A stretch of DNA of 35,904 bases from Dimargaris cristalligena (taxonomy: Eukaryota), in assembly GCA_003614675.1 (NCBI GenBank), contig ML002376.1:1-35904 (forward strand). Reading direction: 5' to 3'. The position numbers and the translations under genes are program-made. Below the pieces are notes generated by a model. The model had not been told where the DNA came from, ran no database searches, and worked only from the letters and a program-made list of their open reading frames with translations. Numbering within the stretch: position 1 is the stretch's first letter; each line of letters begins with the position of its first letter. This document shows positions 11,620 through 22,610 of this stretch, in pieces.

Positions 11620-11924
11620 GAGCTAGAGAAGGCAATACATCGTTCCTTTATATCCTCAATGTTGGTTAGCCAAGTATGGGGCGCTTATGGAGCCGACCCT
11701 AATCGACAGCAATTGGATTGTCTTCCCTATGTGAATGGTTCGTAAATAGTGGGATTAAAATAGGAATCCCGCCCTTCCTCATCGCCTAATTTACCTGAAC
11801 CTGCATCATACATACTGGGAAGGTTCAGAATACAAGGCTCGTCGGGGTAATCATTTTTGATTAGTGAATTATTGGTCAGGAAGGTTAGGTTAGACTGGTA
11901 TACCTGTTGTAAATTTACCTGCAC
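11620..11924 (-). pseudogene. Decayed copy 2 of the unknown coding repeat family
   Basis: Minus-strand CCATTCAC...ACAATCCAATTGCT (11708-11738) resembles 13392-13425. PCI...NIEDIK resembles PCI...NMQDIK at 22401-22606. Contains in-frame stops. Confidence 0.35.
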
Positions 11925-13294
11925 CGACTTCTCTATTCACATCCTAGCTTGAAGGTGGTTAATGGGGAATATTCCCATTTCCATCCAAGAAGTAATCCCC
12001 GCCCCTTCTTGGTATACTATTTCAGTGCAAAGGCCAAACAAGACACTTATACTTTGGCCAGGTGTTGAACTAGGCAAGATTTAATAGTCACTATCTTTTG
12101 AAGCGCCAAAGATTAACGACTAGCCTCAATACTTAGACCACCAACGTTACGAAGAATGGGCTAGGCAGTCCGTTCTATTGGTAACTCTCCCTTTTAAGAA
12201 ATTATTTCCCTATAATATTAAATTATGGATTAAAATAGTTAGTATATAACAGGGAAGTGTACCTTTGATAGCCTGGCGGAATAATAAATTCAAAGTATTT
12301 ATTGGAAAAAGTAGTAAAGTGGGAAAGGGGTCGCATCACAGGCCTAACTGGTACTGTGAGGCTGGTGGCAAAGTTGCCTTTTGAGCTGAATGAGCCTAGG
12401 GTTTTCAAAGGCAGACTATGCTATACGGATGATGGGGCAATGTAACAAGTGGTCTTTAGGAAGCAATTTGCGATTCAGGGCATTTCTATTTTTTTGGACA
12501 GCACTAGTTTCAGACGGAAGACTAATCATGGGTTCGAAGAAAGGTCAGTGACAGGCCAGAAAGTTCATAACTTGGCCAAGGGCAACCATTTCCGGGCGGA
12601 AACAAGTCATAGGACAGCATGTCGGTTAGTTAAGATATTGTGTACCGGGCGGAACTTCTACCCAAGTGGACGCAGTTATGGGGTACCATTACGAGGAGAG
12701 TCTAGATAATGAGTAATCAAATCGTACGATTGGAAGATCGGGTTGTACTTTTGAGAAAGCATTTGCTTTCGTGGGCACAGTTTTCCTCCAGTTCGTGTAT
12801 TACGTTGATACACCTAAAGGATAGGTAGGTAGTAATTGCGAAATTGGTGCACTCGCACTCACTAATCAGTCGCGGTTGCCCTATTGCATCGACGTATACT
12901 TTACGGAGGCAGTAGTGTTATGTACGAGCAATTCATATACGGCCACTAAAGTTAAGAGTAAGTCTGTATATCTTTTAGTAAGTGTTTTCAGCGGGTTGAT
13001 ATTAAATGGCCCCACGGCACCTGCAGAATGCTTAGAATATCATCTACTATAGGCTGCTGCTACGGAGCATATTCAATTACACATACTATACCAATGGTAT
13101 TGGCCGGTCAGATGATTGTCCGTACGCCTCAGGGGGTCAGTCACGGTGCAGTACGGTGACCATGGCCTTGGAAGAATACCACTTTCAATTTTCCTGGTAC
13201 GGCAGTGTTTGGGTATATTATTTTGCCGACTATAGTCGATTATATAGCTGCATGCTCTTCATTAGAATGCACCAGCTATAATTCCATCAAATGA

Positions 13295-13450
13295 ATTTAT
13301 GACATGCCCATTGTTTAATCCCAATCGACATTCCAATAGTAGGCTGTATATTACATCGTATAATTTCGCAAATGGGCATAGGAGCGGCTTCCCATTCACG
13401 TGTTGTCAAAACAACATCAATTGCTTTGACGACTTTGACCATTTCCCAGA
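13295..13450 (+). pseudogene. Decayed copy 3 of the unknown coding repeat family
   Basis: GACATTCC..AGGCTGTATA matches GACGTTC..AGGCTGTATA at 22423-22442. LPIHVLSK matches SPIHVLCK. Confidence 0.4.
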
Positions 13451-14654
13451 TACCTGTAATGTAGAAATTGGAGGGTTTCAATATCTGGAAACTAACTAAA
13501 AGGAATGGACCAAACCCTCTGGAAGCGCGATTAACAAATGCTAGCTATAAGTATAATTCTGTATTGCCGCAGATAAAAAGGAAATATGAAAAAGATGGAG
13601 ATTTCAAAAGAGTAGGTCATAACTGGTGCTTTATTATGAGTGCAATGGGGTTGGGTTTTATACCCAAGCTGTGACTATATTTAAGCAGTACTGCGTCTAT
13701 TGACCCCCGCAGTGCTAGTTAATACTAAACCAAAGGCTATGGAGAATGGGTCGCGACTTCTGATTGAAAGCAGGCACTGCTACTTAAGGTGGGTGAATCA
13801 ATAGGAAAAGTCGAAGGATTTTCCAGCAATCGATAAAAAATTGAATGTAAATACGGGTGGTCAATAAATGAATATCAGATGGGAATAACGGTGGCTTTAC
13901 CTGGCCATTAATAAATGAACTGGAGGTGGTCATTCTGTTTCCCGGGGGGTAGTGGAAAGCCGGCGGGGCTTTGGTCAATAAGCTTTTATCAATAGCGGAA
14001 ACGCCATCTTAATTATCTTATTGGGCCATTAGGTACCCACCACGATACACAAACTCCCAATTATTTCCTACCAACTATGTTAACTGTGAGCTATTTAGAG
14101 GTAGGGCGTTCTTCCAGAACAACCTCCAGCGGCATCAAAGGAGGTGATGGAGTAATCGTATTGCTGGCCACCATCCAAACCCGGTAAGCCAGGGAATTCC
14201 ACATCTCAGGTGGCAATATAAATATCCGGTCATCGTGCAATGATATTCTGGGTTGCAAAAAAATGTATATGGTAAACAATTTATTAATCTAATGGCAAAG
14301 AAAGCCAAACTCACTGAAAAATATTTTATCCAGTACGCCAGGCCGAAATATAATCATATAATTAGTGTACAAATGTAGTCCAAAGGTACTGAAAATCCTG
14401 GGAAGGGAGGCCGGTGAGATATTCTATTACTAGTGTTTAGAGCAACCTGGCCTAGATAGGTCGCCCAAAAGGCTGCGCAGGACTACGTAACATGTTTACG
14501 AATAATAGGCCAATTGAGCTGTTCGAGACATTTATAGATATGCTGTAATTAGCAGGGCCGTTAAAACTCTACCATAGTGAATTGGGGAAAGGGGGACTGT
14601 CCTTATCGACTCTATAGGCGATAGCTATATGCCAAATGGCCATACACCGCCATT

Positions 14655-15149
14655 TCAGTCACAACAAGCCTGGCATGAGGCAATTTGTAGATGCGCCCAT
14701 CGGTTGCGCTTATTAATAAATTTACGCAAGCGTTTAAGTTCAAACATATCCTCAGCATTGTTTGGGTCAATATCCAAAATATGAGACACATCCCGATCAG
14801 CGTATAATTCCACAGCAGCTGTATCATCGTCCTTTTTTCTCAGCCGCTTCCCTGATTCACCATTGCCGGCAGTTTGCCCCTGAGGGTCATAGAGCACCCG
14901 TGTAGCAATATAGTGGAGCTTCGGTTTCACGCGCGAGTCAAACGCATCATGATTTACGAAATAAAGACGGATGACCATACGGCGGCCAGCCGTAATTTCG
15001 CTAATTCTTGTGAAATAACCACTATCTCGCTTGGGGATGGAATAGGGCCGACATTTGCCATTTAGATCAAGGAGCAATTGGATCCAATATGCGGCCAGGC
15101 CTCCTTCAAGAATGGGTGTGAGATCAATAGGTTTTGGGCTTCGGGTCAT
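14655..15149 (-). CDS. Orphan gene B, 164-aa hypothetical protein with C-terminal CQACC; paralog of gene A
   Basis: Intact ATG-to-TGA ORF with a pyrimidine-rich leader. About 29% identity (hand count, roughly 37/129) to gene A supports real coding status. Confidence 0.65.
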   Translation of the reverse strand: MTRSPKPIDLTPILEGGLAAYWIQLLLDLNGKCRPYSIPKRDSGYFTRISEITAGRRMVIRLYFVNHDAFDSRVKPKLHYIATRVLYDPQGQTAGNGESGKRLRKKDDDTAAVELYADRDVSHILDIDPNNAEDMFELKRLRKFINKRNRWAHLQIASCQACCD

Positions 15150-15624
15150 TGGGTGTAAAAGTTAAGGGTTAAAGGTGACTTAGATTAGACTAAGAATAAA
15201 AATGAAAATTAGTTGAGTAGTATTCAATGATGTCGGAAATTTCGGTGTATGCTACAAAAGGGACTGGGCTTATGCTATTAAAATTCCAAAAAAAAAAAAA
15301 AATCGATATTCGCGTTCAGATATGTTATCAAACGAACTCACCTACAAATTGGGAGCTATGGCACAGCGGAATAAAGTATCCGAAAAGTAGAGGGATTAAA
15401 TGTAGAAAGGTGCAAGGGGAAGTAGTGAGAACGCGTTAGTGATTAATTTCTCGCCGATGGTAGTGTACCAGCCCTTTTATAATATTGTAAGTGCATGAAT
15501 AGGCTATACATATTAGGTATGGGCGGTCCCCTTTCTTTGGGAGTTACATCCACGTTCAAATTGTTCGTGAATACGCGGACATATATCGAAGCTACGCCTC
15601 CTTTGTATTCAAATGGGACGGTCA

Positions 15625-17490
15625 AAGGGCCACCAAACCTGAATCATTCATGCTGTTATTTTTGGCAGTGCCAGGCACAAGAGCCTGGTGTCCAACCCCC
15701 CTCCTCCCCCTTGAACTGCCGTCATTAGCTAGTCTAGTTTCATCTATGAGGTGTTCTGGAAGCACCAAAACATAGCTAAATGTCGCCTCTGGAACTCCCA
15801 CCCCCAACCCCATTATTGGCCTGCCTAATCCTTCCTAAATACAGAATACTGATCATCCCATCCTATTGCCCTATAGCACCATATTACCCCTCCCTCAACT
15901 ATATAACCCACTATGACCGGGTCCCAATGCTTCTCACACCATACTCCACCAGCTGATCTAATGACCCTCCTCTCTTAGTGAGAGTCTTCTGAAAGCAAGC
16001 CCATCTGGTTGAAATGCCAACCCTCATCTCTTCTTTAGTCATCCCATTCCCTTAGGGACCCCTCATTATGAGTAGTCCCCCTGTATAAATAACCAGGCCC
16101 CTCTGGGACTGGTTCAGTTCCTTAGCTTATTTCTTACCCCCAGAGTTACATCAATAAACTCCTTATATACTCACCCATTATATTAGCCAGTAAGTGTGCC
16201 CACTGCATGTCCCTTGCATTAGCCTGTACTCATTCTTTATTGGCTAGTACCAATCCCTCCCTAATGCTAGTAGCCTACTTGGCCGAGCCTAAGCCCTGCC
16301 TACTGTTAGAAGCCTATCCTCAGGACTCTTGATAGACTAAGAGCAGTTAACCCAGGTGACATTCATAGTATGGATAAAGGTCAACAAGGACTTGGTTGGC
16401 TGTTCCAAGCTAGATGTACCTGGAGAGACCATAACTCAGCTACTTATCATAGCATCACCAATTTCAGGGGCTCTATATTATTAGTGTTTTATGTGGATGA
16501 ATTCATATGGCTAGGTGTAACTTAATACCTTGGGGTGGTTGGTGCTACTAGGTAGGCCAGCCAAGGGTATGAATGTCAGTGGACAGGCTGGTTTGTGACA
16601 GTGAGGGGTGTATGAATAGCAAGAGTGCCAATGTGGACATGATATCACTTTCAGCTTAGTTAAATGTAAAAGGGGGTGACAGGCCTTGGCTTATTTTTCG
16701 GATCAATGAGTAAGTTTGTTTTGGGTTGGTGATGAATCTATAGTGCATCTGTTGGGCGGGGCTAATGCAGGTGGGTTATACTACAATGCCCACTGACGGA
16801 TGTTTCAAAGAGTAAGAGTGTTCACAAGTTGCTGCACTTACACTCCAACCCATCCCCATTAAGCTGTTTTCCAAAATCTCCTACCCCATGGCATATGTAA
16901 TGGATAAACACACTAGTGCATCTTTTGGCCTAGTATCCCCTCTCATTATTGTAAGGGCTTAGTTATATGTAACTCATTTCATTTGATGCTAGGGAAAGAG
17001 TATTTCAAGACATAGCCTTGGTTTAACAAAATTAACAAAATTTTATCATTTGGTGGATAAAAAGGATGAGATAGGCCGATATTTTACTACTCCATCCCTT
17101 CAAGGGAGTCCAAGTGTGGTGTCTACAAAAGCAGTTGGACAACTCACCGGCCTTTGTGTTTTTCCCTATCAATCACAAGAAAAAGACCTCATGCAGCTTC
17201 GGGCCACTCCAAATGGGTAGCACAGAATTCCCAGAAGTCCAGCAAATGGGGAATGTGCATCCACTAAAAGACAATGGGCTGTATGTGCCTTATAAAAGTG
17301 TATTATTTACCAACAAGCAATGCTTAAGTTGATCAGGGTGAAGTGCATTTTGAATAATGGGTTAGACCTCTTGGTCATTACTAAAATAGTAGTAAGGAAA
17401 GTGTGTAAATAGTATGCCTGGTTGCCCTGGTAGCCATTTAAAGAGTGTCTCATCCCACTATGAGTACCACTGACAACCACTGACAACCAC
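15625..17490. mobile_element. CpG-depleted island, probable methylated and decayed transposon relic
   Basis: Only 10 CpG counted in about 1.87 kb, while flanks and genes have abundant CpG. TG and CA are frequent. No intact ORF. Confidence 0.6.
15781..16361 (+). mobile_element. Solo-LTR-like element (581 bp)
   Basis: Starts TGTCGCCT and ends AGGTGACA (7/8 inverted terminal match, TG...CA). Internal TATAAAT at 16084-16090 then AATAAA at 16153-16158. No clean target-site duplication (CTAAA vs TTCAT). Confidence 0.5.
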
Positions 17491-17492
17491 TG
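17466..17492 (+). repeat. Tandem repeat (ACCACTGACA) x about 2.7
   Basis: ACCACTGACA ACCACTGACA ACCACTG at the right edge of the CpG-depleted island. Confidence 0.8.
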
Positions 17493-19107
17493 GCGGCCCG
17501 GAATAATGCCAACCACTCCTCCCCCCCATTTACAATTAACGACCTCCATCTCGAATGCCACACTGATTCTATACCAACGGATATAACAATGTGAATTTCA
17601 TATCGAGAGAGCTTGGCCTATACTCCGCCAGCGACTAGATAGGTCTTGTGCACTTTTCAATTGTGGCAAAATATCAGTGAATGGGAGAATGGATAGTGCC
17701 TTCTATGGAAAATAGGAATTAGGTATAGAATGGGTTGAAAGGACCAGTGAGGTTTCTTTTAGGCGAGAGTTCCTAAAAAATGGCATCATTTTTTTGAAGG
17801 TGGATAAGTGAAGCCAAGAGCGGGGGATCCGATGCAAGGCTAAATATAGAAATACAACCTCGGGGACAACGTGAGTACTTTCGCGACATTTAACTGGCTT
17901 TCCCCCACCTTAGAACTGTAACATAGGCGATGTATGGTGTGACTGGTGGAGGATTCGGCCTCCACTAACCTTCCAATCCTACTATCCATGAATTGCCAGT
18001 ACAAGAGGTTTTTTCATTCAATGATCCCATTGTTTACACCAATAGGGATATAGTTGACGGGGAATAGGGATGGGTAGGGAGGAAAGCAGTAGTCTGCCGA
18101 ATAATCCCCCTTAATACTCAGGCCAGCCCCGTAGAGGGAGTTGGGGAAACACGACTTCTGGGCGACCCTTGCCTGCCTTCACTCATTATGACAAGAGTTT
18201 AGCTTCCCCTTCGTGCATGGGTTCGTTAAATTCCCGGCTTGGCATTCTCGATACCCCTAAACCCCGCGGGCTGTCTTTTCATTATTTTACCCGGCGCAAA
18301 AACGAATCCGGGGTTTTATCCACTCTGACTGAAGTGTATATCCCTTCCTCGATAAGTAATAATTTTCATTAGCTTTATAGCGTGTTAAAAATAAGACACA
18401 GGCGGCTTTGCCGAGTCTCGAAAAGCAGGAGGCAGTATCTAAGCCGTACAATTATATATGGTCACTAGTTTTATAGCGCAGTGATCACGGTCCCGGATAG
18501 GCGCGTAACTAAACCGTAAAATATAATTATTCGCGAAAGTGCGCTGTATATTGGTAAGGCTCAGACCCGCCCTAATATGCAAAATCTGTTTGATGCGAGG
18601 GATGATATTGGTTTAAAATGTACTTCCTCCATATATTGTTTACGGTTTCCATTTCAACTGACGCCCTAGACAGGCACAATGGAATTCGTCCATAGTGCAG
18701 CGTTTCTCCCGTAAACCGGCCGTTTGGAATAAGTAGAGGGGGGCTCGAATAGGGACTCGGGTGCTATGCCTTGTTCCGCAAGGGGGTCGGTTCAATCGGT
18801 GACCATCGCGGAATACGCCAGGGGCCAATGACCACCTCATTCGAAGTTCAGACTTGATTACACCCAACTCCATTGGCTCTACGTAGCCACCCATTATTAT
18901 GTTCCCCGTATCCCTGTGTATTACAATAGCAAATGGCCAGGATAAGAAAAGCTGGAAAGTCGGGTAGTCGGGTAGTCGACGGAATCAAAAGTTTAACCAC
19001 CAATGGCTGCACCTGATGGATACTTGGGGTTGATGAAAAGGGCTGTTTCGTCGAATTCGAAAGAAAGGGGGGGTGTATAACCCTAGATATTTCTTGGGAC
19101 ACTCGGT

Positions 19108-19115
19108 TATAAATA
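19108..19115 (+). promoter_or_regulatory. Candidate TATA box for the 19357 gene
   Basis: TATAAATA about 250 nt upstream of ATG 19357, followed by a pyrimidine-rich leader. Confidence 0.45.
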
Positions 19116-19356
19116 CGTGGCTAGAGTCCCCCTAGGACGCTTATCAACATCTCACTTGACAAAGTAGTTTTATTTTGCCTTCCCCCCAAGTGTATTTCCC
19201 TGAACTTAGACATTTACCATTGTCGTATATTGTTGTTATTTTTGCTTATTCGCCGCACCGTCTCCAGTCTATTGGTGCTTACAAACCTCCCCTCACACGA
19301 AGCCTTCCTCTCAGCTTAGCTCCCCATCCAATTGAACTTTTACGCCCAGCCCCACT

Positions 19357-20494
19357 ATGAAGGTCAACGTTGTTTCTATAATCGCCCTCATTTCGCCGGC
19401 GTAAGCATGTCCTCCGGTTCAGCCACCCCCAAATCCCAGCCGGATTGGTCAAACGCCAAAAACACGATTACGATAAATAAATCTTTGGCGACGAACCCGT
19501 ACATGTGCAAGACGCTCTATAACCCCAAAGGTAAAGGTATATTATCAGTATCGCATATATTGCGCCGTGAAAAAGTGTTGGATGCGCTAAAATCGCAAGT
19601 CAAACAGGGTGAAAACAATGGCAACGGTATCTGGTTTCAAATAGAGGGTTTTGAAAAGCTTCATGCTGCTTTCCATAGAGCCACCAAAAAAAAGCGATTT
19701 GCCAACGACTCCGGTTGAAGATAGAGTGAACATTGCGCTGATTCAAACAAAAGAAGGCGTTACTCCGAGATTAATCGACAATACCAATCCTAAAGCAGTG
19801 GAAAATATCAAACTCGCGGCCGAGCAGTCCAGAAGTTCGTTTCGGGATTACTTGGGACTCAGGACCAAGCCCCAGACTCGCTCTTGTACTTGACCTCAAA
19901 CAGAAAGTGGATGAAATGGCCTTGGCGTGGCTTCAGGAATGCTTTAATGGTATCGTCGGGGATCTTAACACCGGCACCTCCAAGACAGCAGTTTCGGGCA
20001 CCAATGCTCCCTTAGCCAAGCCCTTGACTCTTCCGAATGGGGAGAACAGTGGAACGTCGTCGGATTCAGGCAAAAAGACAGACTATCCTTCCTACTCTGC
20101 CGTTCCCTCAGGTGCTTCTTACAACCCACCCAACAAATATAGTCAGCAACCCAATGGCAACATTCCCTACTCTCAGTACCAGCCCATTCAGAACCACCTG
20201 TACAATGGTCCTCAGCCCGTTCAGAACCATCAACACATTAATGTCCAGCCCGTTCAGAACCAAAAGTTTGATACCGTCTTTAGTCAACAGAACCATTACT
20301 CTGGCTATCCTCCGGTCAACCAGCTTAACCAGGCCGGTGGCCAGCCACCTACTCTGAACGGACAGCCTACTCACCAGGGCGCCCCTATTGGCAACACCCA
20401 GAACACCCAGTATCTTAACAGCAATGCCCATCCGCTTTACCAGAACCAGGTCAACGGGTCCGCTTGGAACCGTCCCACTACAACCGTCCAGTAA
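19357..20494 (+). pseudogene. Frameshifted (or partly intron-containing) secreted protein with Q/N/P-rich repeat tail
   Basis: ATG 19357 gives MKVNVVSIIALI; one extra T in ATTTCG gives ...IFAGVSMS|SGSATP, a signal-peptide-like start. Coding-like sequence then passes through three successive frames (ORFs 19332, 19651, 19907) to TAA at 20494. Confidence 0.55.
20180..20263 (+). repeat. 33-nt coding tandem repeat (QP[IV]QN...) x about 2.5
   Basis: CAGCCCRTTCAGAACCA at 20180, 20213 and 20246. Confidence 0.85.
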
Positions 20495-22394
20495 TTTGCA
20501 GCTAACTCCGTCTGAACTAGCCACTTAGTTACTTGGCATACTTCGAATATCGACGGGTCAAAACGGGGGCTCACTGGAGAAACGAACAATTTTTCTTTTA
20601 GCCAATCTGCCATTCGCAATAATATTGTCTCAGGCAGTCAACTATAGGTTATTTAATATCATTTTTATATCTCGTTTTCTTTTAAAATTTCAATCGCCTT
20701 CTGCGAATCTATATTGTGTAAATATTAGGATATTGTTGTTGCAAATGCTTTGGTACAGGGGTACTTATTATAGCCATACCCGTTAAACTCGGCTTTTTTT
20801 TACCCCGAAACCCGCGTGTGCATCAATAAAAATAGTCTAGCTATAGTTTTAGTGAAGTATATATTATATATAATCTAGTTTAATGCATGGGCTAAGAAAC
20901 TTCCTGGAAATTACATTAAAAAGTCATGGTGAAGGTGAACTGTAAATGCGTAAACTAGGCCGCGGCGGTGCTAATCAGCCACATGGGGGGGGGTTACCAT
21001 AGAGTTAAGCTTGAGAACAGTCGAATGAATTAGGGAGTCCATCTGCGTGATATCAGCTTAGAAGTGATTGGTGAATTTACGTAAATATCGGGTTTCTGAA
21101 CTCAGTCCAAACGGGGTGCATCTTTATTCACCAATTTCTTTATAGTTAGCATTATTTCTATGGAATAGTCAACAGTTCGACTGTGTTTGCCACTGCAACC
21201 GTACGATGAGTCCCCAACCCGACGAATCTCCCCCCTCACGTGACCAGATCTCCCCCGGGCCGGCACCAAGCGGAGCGCGAACAATAACCATGGTCACTGA
21301 AAAGACGATCGAGCCAAAAGTATAAAACAAAAGATGGGGCCCGGAAACTCGGATAAGGCTTGTGTTTCAATAAAATAATTATCTAAACTTTACTAATTCA
21401 ATTCCACTTAAGAATCTTCCGATTTTATTCCTCCCCCTTTGGACCGAAGCCCAATTGGTAAATCCCCGGTTCATCTCGACCGCCCCGTTACACCACCAAC
21501 CCAGTCATTCTTAATTTTCGGTACTGCGCCAGTATAATGAAAATGAAGTTGCAGCTGGTAATTTTAAAGGGAAAGAAAACCCCACACGCGTTTGCTTCGC
21601 GAGCATCTATTAAAGAGATGAAATTACAATGCCTCTCGCGGCTTATTTTAATACCAATTATAGTTATAGGGTATATATGTACACAGCAACGAGGGTATAA
21701 TAGACCCCAGTGCTGCAGGAGAGAGGGAGGAGGTTAGATTGCGTTCTCCCAAGAATGACACATTGGCTAATATAGGGAATTGGGCTATGGTGATGGGTGC
21801 TAGTCCGTCAGGCAAGCCCGTAATCCAATTGCCGATCCCCCAGCCCCAGTGTCCCGTTAAAGCAGGGTATGTAACTCAGCTTTCTAATGACCAAGCGGAG
21901 TGGATACCTATAAAGCAGCCCTAGTATACTTGTTTTAGTGGAATCACCTACCGTGTGAAAAGCGGTGCCTTAAACCCCGATACAATAGTGTAGGAGCCAA
22001 GCTATGCTCCAAATACCCCAGTTCAGACATCACTATTGTGCTATTGGGACCAATATCTAGAACCTTAGACTAGGCTTCTACGCTATTCAATTTTCAAAAT
22101 ACATCTTTACTTCGCCAGGTCTAATCTTGGGGCGGTGTATATACCATCTGAATTAAAATATATTTGAAAAGATTAACTACGACTGCTAAGATCGCCCAGT
22201 CGGCCGCTAAAGTTGCTGATGCCGTAATAAAAGATGAACACCTTGATAGTTAGAAGCTATGATGGCCGGTATTCTCCAGTGGTACATAATGGCCCATGGT
22301 CGGTTAGTAAACCCGCAGTTTCGGGAGTTGAAACTACCACCTGACTGTACCCAGTAGCTGACCGGGCTAGAGAGTTAGAAATAAGGGGGATACG

Positions 22395-22610
22395 ATGAGG
22401 CCATGCATAATTTATATGGGAGACGTTCATCCAGGCTGTATAACGAAAAATCCATTGGATGAGGCCAATATTCCTGGTTAAGGGCTATTCTCCCGCATAT
22501 TCACCTATACATGTATTATGTAAAACCTTATACGGCTGGTTTGAATTGCATCCAAATATTTAATTAGCCGGCGAATAGCACAAAATTAGAACATGCAAGA
22601 TATTAAAAGA
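22395..22610 (+). pseudogene. Decayed copy 4 of the unknown coding repeat family
   Basis: MRPCIIYMGDVHPGCITKNPLDEAN...YSPIHVLCKTLYGWFELHP, with a frameshift and stops. Inverted relative to the 10400-10565 copy. Confidence 0.55.
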
